Shown here piece by piece: positions 28,471-35,442 of a DNA stretch of 64,000 bases. The stretch comes from Candidatus Doudnabacteria bacterium RIFCSPHIGHO2_12_FULL_48_16 (GTDB lineage Bacteria > Patescibacteriota > Doudnabacteria > UBA920 > O2-02-FULL-48-8). The translations under genes were made by a program, and so were the position numbers. Location of the stretch: contig MFEY01000007.1 in the NCBI GenBank assembly GCA_001780035.1, positions 262,343-326,342 on the forward strand. The letters run 5' to 3'. Position 1 is the first letter of the stretch. Each line of letters begins with the position of its first letter. The notes beneath the pieces were generated by a model. It was not told the origin of the DNA. It saw nothing but the letters and a program-made list of their open reading frames with translations, and searched no databases.

Positions 28471-29190
28471 ATGAATCTTTTTAACTCCGAATTGAACAAT
28501 AAAATTATCCGGCAACTGCAGGCGGCTCGCCAAAATTTTGAATTTGACCAAGCTGGCATAAAAAAACGCCTTCTATCGGCTATGGACTCGCCGCAGTCCC
28601 ATCCGTTAGGTTATTCCGAATTGCCTACGAGATTTACTTTTATAGTTCTAGCGGGGGTTGCCACTACAATATTGGCAGCCACCGCTACTTTTTTAATAGC
28701 CGCCGAATCCGCTCCGGGTGACAGCCTGTTTGCGGTGAATAAATTCCGGGAACAGCTGATTCTGTCCCTGCCCCTGGCACCCCAAAAGCGCATCGAGGTC
28801 ACTGCTGACATCGTGCAAAGCCGCTTTGAGGCGGTGGACCGGATCGATGAACAAGATATGCGGCAAACCGGCCAGTTAATGTTAAAAAGATTGGAAACCG
28901 TCAACGAATCACGGGCGAGTTTTCAGCAAGCCGTGGATGCGATCAGCCTTAAGCAAACGGATTTGGAACAAACTGGCCAGAATCAAGCCGCGACTGCACT
29001 GGATTCGGTCTTGTCCAACCTGACCCAAATGGCGGATAAACGGGCCGAAGTCATCAATAAATGGGTCCAACGATCCGATGATCAATCGGAGCGGGATGAA
29101 ATCCGTTCCAGCCTTAAGTTGTTTGAGCAAACCCGGGACCAAGCCCGGCAGCAGCTCAACCGCCGCTACAAACAAACACCGACAGAGTAA
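28471..29190 (+). CDS. putative anti-sigma factor / single-pass membrane protein (DUF5667-like periplasmic domain)
   Basis: A TM helix FTFIVLAGVATTILAATATFLIAA. Immediately downstream of the ECF sigma gene. Confidence 0.5.
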   Translation: MNLFNSELNNKIIRQLQAARQNFEFDQAGIKKRLLSAMDSPQSHPLGYSELPTRFTFIVLAGVATTILAATATFLIAAESAPGDSLFAVNKFREQLILSLPLAPQKRIEVTADIVQSRFEAVDRIDEQDMRQTGQLMLKRLETVNESRASFQQAVDAISLKQTDLEQTGQNQAATALDSVLSNLTQMADKRAEVINKWVQRSDDQSERDEIRSSLKLFEQTRDQARQQLNRRYKQTPTE

Positions 29191-29204
29191 AGGTCGGTGT
29201 TTGT

Positions 29205-29987
29205 TTAGTCCAGATATTTGACGGTATGATTGAGGAACTCCTGTTCCAGGGATAAATGCCGTTGCACTCCGTCCCAGATCAGATATTTGTTTTCATGATC
29301 AAAACTTAGTTTTTCCAAAAGCTCATGGGCCAAGGTCAGGCCCTGAGTTTCATACACGGCCAGCGAGTTGATGATTTCAAAATCTTTTACCGAATAATTT
29401 TCCAATTTGCAGCAAAGCTGCCGGATGGCTTTGAACTTCGGCCCGATCAGAGTCCAATAACAGACCAAGGCGCCCAGGCCGGTCGGCCACTCGGAACTGG
29501 AATAAAGTTCCGACAATTCCGCAATATAATTCCGAGTTGCCTCTTTCGGCTCCAGCCGCATCAGTTCCTCGGCCGTTAAACCCAAAACCTGAAACAAACT
29601 AACCCAGAGCACGCGCAGCTCGTCTCCCGATTTGACACTAAATCGGCTTTCCAGCACGGCCACAGCCGGTTCCGCCGCGGGATCGGACGATTCAGACAGA
29701 TTGGCCAAGGCAAATTTCAAAAACCCCGGCTCGCTGTCCTTCTCGCTCCACATCGCCTGCTGGACCAAAAATAACTGCGTTAAAAATTTCCGCAATTTTT
29801 GCCCCTCGGCTTTGGCATTCTCGATTTTGGCCATAACCGGCCAGCGGCCGACTTCGTGGATGATATAATCGACCAGCCAGACGATAAACTGGCCGCCCAC
29901 AAATTCCTGGATTGCCTGGTCGGAATTAGTCACGGAAGTTAGGTTATTTGCGTCAGTCATACCACTATAGTAAGATAAACGGGGCAC
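29205..29987 (-). CDS. hypothetical protein (all-helical, possibly heme-oxygenase/TenA-like fold)
   Basis: 260 aa. No strong motif. Start ambiguous (M1 or MTDANN). Confidence 0.45.
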   Translation of the reverse strand: MPRLSYYSGMTDANNLTSVTNSDQAIQEFVGGQFIVWLVDYIIHEVGRWPVMAKIENAKAEGQKLRKFLTQLFLVQQAMWSEKDSEPGFLKFALANLSESSDPAAEPAVAVLESRFSVKSGDELRVLWVSLFQVLGLTAEELMRLEPKEATRNYIAELSELYSSSEWPTGLGALVCYWTLIGPKFKAIRQLCCKLENYSVKDFEIINSLAVYETQGLTLAHELLEKLSFDHENKYLIWDGVQRHLSLEQEFLNHTVKYLD

Positions 29988-30129
29988 ATAATCAAATTAA
30001 TGAAATATAATTGATGTTAGAGATACTTGGAGGGGTTCTGAATATAATCAAAAGCGGGTTCATTCTTTTCGGCCGCCGCATCAACAAACTGTTGCCAAAG
30101 CATTCCAACTCCCACAAATAAGTGAGGGA

Positions 30130-30158
30130 TTGACAAGCGGCAGCAAAACTGCTATTAT
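30130..30158 (+). promoter_or_regulatory. sigma-70 promoter TTGACA-17-TATTAT for the 30184 gene
   Basis: Seen in sequence. Confidence 0.5.
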
Positions 30159-30183
30159 ATTGGGCTAATTAAATATTACCTAT

Positions 30184-30831
30184 ATGTCGCAGCTTGTTTT
30201 GCTCATTACCCTACTAACTGTAGTGTATTCCTGGGAACAAATCAAAGAGCTGGCGGCTTCTTTTTTGGCCCACTTATTTAAACGGCACCGGACCGCGCGC
30301 GATTACGCCAGCATTGACGGTTTGATCGGCACAATTCTGATTGCGGCCACCCTGCCGATTACTTTGGCTTACTGGATCATGGATCAGGGTTTGGGCGCAG
30401 ACAAGCTGCTAATCATCATTATCGAACTTATCTTCACCGGCTTGCTCCTGGGGTTTTTGGAACTACTGGATAATCCCCGGTTTCATCCGCACACCCGCTC
30501 AATCGCCGGCTTGCTCGCCGGCTTGCTGTCGCGGCCCTTCTCGCTGTTTCTGCGGTCGGGCCACGACCGCAAAATTATCGCGCGGCTGGCTATGGCCGCC
30601 TGTTTACCGCTCGCTTTTGCTGGGATTATCAAAGCCGCCACGCGGGAAGCCAGCATCGATTTTTCTTCCTATCTCAACCAACTGACGTATGTCGCCACGC
30701 TCGGCCTGCTGCTGCTGATCAGCATTGAAATTTTGGAAAAATTATTCCGAACCAGACAATTGCGCCTCTCTGCCTACTTAAGAGTGGCGCTCGGGATCGT
30801 CTTGATTGCCATCCTGGCCGGGCCGAAGTAA
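30184..30831 (+). CDS. polytopic membrane protein, hypothetical
   Basis: 215 aa with 5-6 predicted TM segments. Confidence 0.5.
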   Translation: MSQLVLLITLLTVVYSWEQIKELAASFLAHLFKRHRTARDYASIDGLIGTILIAATLPITLAYWIMDQGLGADKLLIIIIELIFTGLLLGFLELLDNPRFHPHTRSIAGLLAGLLSRPFSLFLRSGHDRKIIARLAMAACLPLAFAGIIKAATREASIDFSSYLNQLTYVATLGLLLLISIEILEKLFRTRQLRLSAYLRVALGIVLIAILAGPK

Positions 30832-32001
30832 AAACCCGACCGTTAAAAACGCCAGGCCGCTCAAAAAAATCAGCACGGTTGAAAATTGCAGAGCCACCCG
30901 CAAATTAACCTGATCCGAAATCCGGCCAATAACGGCCGGGGCAAGCGAGTCGCCCAGTAAATGTGAAACCAACAAATATAATGCAAACGCCGACGCCCAC
31001 AAATGCCGCGGTACCACTTCGTGAATGATCGCCGTGACCGGCCCGTGGTAGAAACTGATCAGCATGGTGCCAAAAAAGAAGTAGACAAAAAATCCCTGTC
31101 CGAACGTTAAGCCGGCAAACACCAGTGGCGCAGCCAGAATCAGCGACCAACCGACCAGAAAAGAACGGCCGCTGGAGCTTTTGGTATGCAGCCAATCAGC
31201 CAGTAGGCTGCCAAAATACACGCCGAGGATTCCGGCGGCCATAAATACCAGGCCCAATATCAAAGCCGAGTCGCGGAGATTGTATCCTTCATAACGGCGG
31301 ATAAATTCCACGCCCCAGGTCACAAAACCGCCGCCGGCAAACGTCACTAAAACCGAGCCGATCAGAACCCAGATAAACGGCCAGTTATGCCGCAGGCTGG
31401 CCAGAGATAACTTGGACTCCGGCAAATTGGTCCGTTGATCCTGAAGGCGCGTGGCCCAAATCGCCAGCACAATCCCGGGAATGCCAACCAGAAGAAACGC
31501 CAGCCGCCAGTCATGGTAATAATAGGCAATCAATCCGCCGACCATGGCTCCGATCGTGCCGCCGAGAAACATCCCGATGTTAAAGATACCCTGCACGGTC
31601 GCGCGCCGATGGGCCGGAAAATTATCCGAGATCATGGCTGTGGCCGCCGGAGCGTATGCCGCTTCCCCGAGGCCGACCACGGAGCGGATGCCCAGCAGGA
31701 CCTTGAAGCTTTGCGCTAGGCCGGAGACCAGGGTCGCTATGCTCCAGATTCCAACGCCGACCGCGATAATTTTGCGGCGATCAAACCGGTCGGCTAACAG
31801 GCCGAACGGCAGGGAAGTTAAAGAATGAACCAGCATAAAGACGCTGCCCAGGAGCCCGAGCTGAAAATCGTCGACGTGAAAAGAGAGCTGGATGTTATGG
31901 AACAGCGGAAAAATTACCTGGCGGTCCAGGTAATTGAAAAAATTAATGAAAAATAAAACGGTCAGTAAGGTCTTTTGCGATCTGGAAAATCGGTCGGGCA
32001 T
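30778..32001 (-). CDS. MFS transporter
   Basis: 407 aa with 12 TM segments and MFS signature-like motifs. Its 3' end overlaps the convergent 30184 gene by 54 nt. Confidence 0.8.
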   Translation of the reverse strand: MPDRFSRSQKTLLTVLFFINFFNYLDRQVIFPLFHNIQLSFHVDDFQLGLLGSVFMLVHSLTSLPFGLLADRFDRRKIIAVGVGIWSIATLVSGLAQSFKVLLGIRSVVGLGEAAYAPAATAMISDNFPAHRRATVQGIFNIGMFLGGTIGAMVGGLIAYYYHDWRLAFLLVGIPGIVLAIWATRLQDQRTNLPESKLSLASLRHNWPFIWVLIGSVLVTFAGGGFVTWGVEFIRRYEGYNLRDSALILGLVFMAAGILGVYFGSLLADWLHTKSSSGRSFLVGWSLILAAPLVFAGLTFGQGFFVYFFFGTMLISFYHGPVTAIIHEVVPRHLWASAFALYLLVSHLLGDSLAPAVIGRISDQVNLRVALQFSTVLIFLSGLAFLTVGFLLRPGQDGNQDDPERHS

Positions 32002-32066
32002 GTTTTGGGGAGAATTATGCCCTTTAGTATACCATGCCCAGTATTTTAAACTCTTGGCCGCGCGGA

Positions 32067-32095
32067 TTGAAAAGATTCCAAATTTTCGGTATACT
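32067..32095 (+). promoter_or_regulatory. promoter TTGAAA-17-TATACT whose transcript begins at a duplicated tRNA-Glu 5' fragment
   Basis: TSS predicted near 32102. The fragment starts at 32108. Confidence 0.45.
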
Positions 32096-32107
32096 GTCTT
32101 AGCTTTG

Positions 32108-32124
32108 GGCCCTATCGTCTAACG
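32108..32124 (+). repeat. 17-nt duplicate of the tRNA-Glu 5' end (GGCCCTATCGTCTAACG), followed by the hairpin CCGGAGGC-ggacca-GCCTCCGG
   Basis: Identical to 32415-32431. 290 bp of AT-rich sequence separates the fragment from the intact gene. Confidence 0.6.
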
Positions 32125-32414
32125 CCAGCCGGAGGCGGACCAGCCTCCGGCGGAGTTAGTTCCTATATATTTTGTCTATATCATCAAGAGCAAAATAAAA
32201 AACTGGAAATATATCGGTTGTACTGATAATATTCCAGCAAGGCTCCTCCTGCATAATTAAGGAGCTACGAAATCCACTAAGCCATACAGACCATTGGAGT
32301 TGGTTTACAGCGAGGAGTATGTGACAAAAACCGAAGTATTGATTCGCGAGCGATTCTTGAAGAAAAACTATACGGCAAGAGAAGCGATTTACAAAAAATT
32401 CGAGCTATAGGTAT

Positions 32415-32489
32415 GGCCCTATCGTCTAACGGTTAGGACAGCGGGTTTTCAGTCCGCTAATCCGGGTTCGATTCCCGGTGGGGTCACCA
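32415..32489 (+). tRNA. tRNA-Glu (anticodon UUC), CCA encoded
   Basis: GGCCCTA-TC-GTCT-AACGGTTA-GGAC-A-GCGGG-TTTTCAG-TCCGC-TAAT-CCGGG-TTCGATT-CCCGG-TGGGGTC-A-CCA. Confidence 0.85.
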
Positions 32490-32534
32490 CAAAAAACATC
32501 TTCTCATCGGAGGTGTTTTTTGTTGCCAGTAATA

Positions 32535-33122
32535 TTAATGGATTTTTGTTCTATTAAAAGCGACGTGATGAGCTCCGATCGTAGGCTCTGGAATAAAATT
32601 GATTGTTTCGTTTTGAACCATGCTCTCCAGAATTGTTGTCAGAGACTCTAATAATTGTGGACGATTCTCTTCAAACCATCTAGTGGCAATATCAAACGCA
32701 CCTAATCTAACATGGGTGCTGTGCTCAGCGGCTGGGTATCCTTGTTCGATTAGTTGTCTTTGGAATTCTTCAGTTCTGGCCAAAGAAGAAATGACTAAGA
32801 AAAGATCTTTTGTGTCTATTCCCCGATGCTGAAGCTCCGCTAGCCAAGATTCCGCGACTTTTTGCAATAAAACGTAAGTATTTTTTTCTAAAACTCGAAA
32901 TTCAAATTTTACCTTGGCTGAGATTTTATATCCCCGGCCTTCTGCCGGCACCCGTACTGCCCGGCCACTCTCGACTTGGGCTTCAATATCTGCCACAGTT
33001 TCCATCGTTGGCTGATGGCCCCACCACTGTGTTTCTACCTGCTGGGCATGGAGAATCCGCACCAATTCATCTTGTTCTGTTATAGAAATGTCTTGCCCCT
33101 GAGCTTCTGATAATTCAGGCAT
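32535..33122 (-). CDS. hypothetical protein (195 aa)
   Basis: Acidic. No recognisable motifs. Confidence 0.5.
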   Translation of the reverse strand: MPELSEAQGQDISITEQDELVRILHAQQVETQWWGHQPTMETVADIEAQVESGRAVRVPAEGRGYKISAKVKFEFRVLEKNTYVLLQKVAESWLAELQHRGIDTKDLFLVISSLARTEEFQRQLIEQGYPAAEHSTHVRLGAFDIATRWFEENRPQLLESLTTILESMVQNETINFIPEPTIGAHHVAFNRTKIH

Positions 33123-33182
33123 GAAATTGATATTAATTACTAATAGAATATCATTGATAGATAGAGGGAATCAAGCGCGAAG

Positions 33183-34139
33183 GTGTTTTTTGTTTTCAAA
33201 ATAAGCTACAATAAGTCCATGCAAATCGGAACCATTTTACTGACAGTTTTAGGCTTGTCCTTGTTTGAAATCATCACCAGCATCGACAACGCCATCATCA
33301 ATGCCGAAGTCCTCTCGACCATGGGCCGGCGCGCCCGGCGATGGTTTTTGGTTTGGGGATTTTTCTTAGCCGTATTTTTAGTTCGCGGGCTTCTGCCGCT
33401 CCTGATTGTCTGGGGCGCCAACCCAAGCCTCGGTCTTATGGGTTCGCTCACTGCCACATTTAGCAATGACCCTAGGGTCATTGAAGCCGTCGAGCAATCC
33501 TCGCCGATCCTGCTCATCGGCGGCGGTGTGTTTTTGATGTTTTTGTTTTTTCACTGGCTATTTCTGGAGCCAAAAAATTATGGTCTGCGGGGGGAACGAT
33601 TCTTTCACCGCCAAGGCGCTTGGTTCTTTGCCGTCGTCTCTCTCCTTTTGGCTGTTATAGTTTGGTATGCGCTCAAAATTAATCCGATTATGGCATTCGG
33701 CGCGGTTCTGGGCTCATCCTCGTTTTTCATCATTCACGGTTTTCGACAATATGCAGAAGAGCAAGAGAAAAAAATGCTTAGCAACGGTATGTCTGACATC
33801 GCCAAAGTCGCCTTCCTGGAAGTGCTCGACGCCAGTTTCTCTATCGATGGCGTTATCGGCGCATTCGCATTTACTTTTTCTGTCCCGCTCATCTTATTAG
33901 GCAACGGCCTGGGAGCACTAGTGCTAAGAAAACTGACGGTCAGCAATATTGATCGCATCAAAAAATACAAGTTTCTCAAAAATGGCGCCATGTATTCCAT
34001 CTTGTTCCTCGGGCTGATTATGTTGCTCGACAGCTTCGGCTTCCACATTCCGCCGTGGGTTTCACCGATCATCACGTTCGGCACAGTTGGTTGGTTCTTC
34101 TTTAAATCGAAAATGGAGTTAGATCATGAATCCCGTTAG
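33183..34139 (+). CDS. DUF475/TerC-like integral membrane protein
   Basis: N-terminal ...LFEIITSIDNAIINAEV motif and multiple TM helices. The start may be MQIGT (33219). Its stop codon TAG lies inside the left TIR of the MITE-like element. Confidence 0.65.
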   Translation: MFFVFKISYNKSMQIGTILLTVLGLSLFEIITSIDNAIINAEVLSTMGRRARRWFLVWGFFLAVFLVRGLLPLLIVWGANPSLGLMGSLTATFSNDPRVIEAVEQSSPILLIGGGVFLMFLFFHWLFLEPKNYGLRGERFFHRQGAWFFAVVSLLLAVIVWYALKINPIMAFGAVLGSSSFFIIHGFRQYAEEQEKKMLSNGMSDIAKVAFLEVLDASFSIDGVIGAFAFTFSVPLILLGNGLGALVLRKLTVSNIDRIKKYKFLKNGAMYSILFLGLIMLLDSFGFHIPPWVSPIITFGTVGWFFFKSKMELDHESR

Positions 34140-34233
34140 AAATTTGATGTTGTTAACTATAACGTTAAATAATATTCAACGGGCTGATTATATAAGATAA
34201 TAATTATTAACTAATCACTATTTCTAACGGGAT
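34130..34233 (+). mobile_element. MITE-like element copy 2 (104 bp, TIRs ATCCCGTTAGAAAT / ATTTCTAACGGGAT); supplies the stop of the upstream gene and the ATG of tsaD
   Basis: Perfect 14-nt TIRs. Internal AACGGGCTGATTA shared with copy 1. Confidence 0.6.
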
Positions 34234-35254
34234 GAAAATTCTGGCAATTGAAACCAGTTGCGATGAAACTTCGGTCTCCATTGTCATCGACGGGCGGGTT
34301 AAATCCAACATCGTCGCCTCGCAAGCATTTAAACTCCACGCTCAATACGGTGGGGTCGTGCCGGAGGTGGCGGCGCGTGAACACGTTAGCGTAATTATCC
34401 CGACTATCAATTTAGCGCTCAAACAGGCCAAGATAAAACTTGCTAACATTGATTGCATCGCCGTGACCAAAGGCCCGGGTCTGGCCACCGCCCTCATGGT
34501 CGGCGTGGACACGGCCAAGGCCCTGGGCTTGGCCCTGCACAAACCGGTGTTGCCGATCAATCATTTGGAGGGACATATTTATGCGAACTTCGCCGGGCAA
34601 TTTAAAATTTCTAATTTAAAATCTAAAATTTTTCCCGCGATTATTCTGACCGTTTCCGGCGGCCATACTTTCTTAACTGAGATGAAAGGCCACGGCCAAT
34701 ATCGCCTCTTGGGCGAAACACTGGACGATGCAGCGGGGGAAGCGTTCGACAAGACCGCGCGGATGGTGGGCCTTGGTTACCCGGGCGGCGCACAGTTATC
34801 CAAATTGGCCGAACAAGGCAACCCGGCCGCCTTTGATTTCCCGCGGCCCATGATCAAATCCGATAATTTTGCTTTCAGTTTTTCGGGGCTCAAAACCGCC
34901 GTGCTTTATAAAATTCAAAGTCTCGGCGCTCAACGCTCAGCGCTCATCCCTGACCTGGCCGCGTCTGTCCAAGCCGCCATTGTCGATGTCTTGATCGCCA
35001 AACTGGAAAAAGCGATTATTCGTTATAAGCCGAAAACCATTATGCTCGGTGGCGGCGTCGCCGCCAACAAACTGCTGCGAAAAAGATTTCAGATTCTAGC
35101 TTCCAGATTCCAGATTCAATCGTCCATCCCCTCATTTGAATACTGCACGGATAATGCAGCTATGATCGGCCTCGCTGCCCACTATCGGCTCAAAAATAAG
35201 AAAGCCAAATTTCCGGCATCTTTCTCGGCCCAGCCCAATTTGCCACTTAAATAG
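34232..35254 (+). CDS. tsaD: tRNA N6-adenosine threonylcarbamoyltransferase TsaD
   Basis: 340 aa. MKILAIETSCDETSVSIV, metal-binding H..H motifs. Confidence 0.9.
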   Translation: MKILAIETSCDETSVSIVIDGRVKSNIVASQAFKLHAQYGGVVPEVAAREHVSVIIPTINLALKQAKIKLANIDCIAVTKGPGLATALMVGVDTAKALGLALHKPVLPINHLEGHIYANFAGQFKISNLKSKIFPAIILTVSGGHTFLTEMKGHGQYRLLGETLDDAAGEAFDKTARMVGLGYPGGAQLSKLAEQGNPAAFDFPRPMIKSDNFAFSFSGLKTAVLYKIQSLGAQRSALIPDLAASVQAAIVDVLIAKLEKAIIRYKPKTIMLGGGVAANKLLRKRFQILASRFQIQSSIPSFEYCTDNAAMIGLAAHYRLKNKKAKFPASFSAQPNLPLK

Positions 35255-35269
35255 GAAACTTGCTATAAT
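35240..35269 (+). promoter_or_regulatory. promoter TTGCCA-18-TATAAT for valS
   Basis: The -35 overlaps the tsaD 3' end. Confidence 0.45.
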
Positions 35270-35277
35270 TAAAGCAC

Positions 35278-35442
35278 AAAAGCGCGAGTTGTCACCTCGC
35301 AATGCTGTGGGAAGAACGCTTCAAGCCAGTAGACCCCGCCGGACCTGATCCGTAAATCAGACAATCAAGTTAAAGCTTAAGATGGCACCGTCGGGTCGCA
35401 TGACTCGACTCTTAGCACTATTATTAAGGTGCTTTTTATTTT
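35278..35442 (+). promoter_or_regulatory. T-box-like riboswitch leader of valS (short Stem I with GUC specifier; T-box bulge UGGCACC; terminator/sequestrator hairpin covering the SD)
   Basis: Stem I GCGAG-ttGTCAc-CTCGC (35284-35300). A1 AGCTTAAGA, bulge TGGCACC (35383-89), A2 GTCG..CGAC, A1' TCTTAGC. Competing hairpin AGCAC-tattattaag-GTGCT plus a T-run. The AAGGTG SD lies inside that hairpin. Confidence 0.4.
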
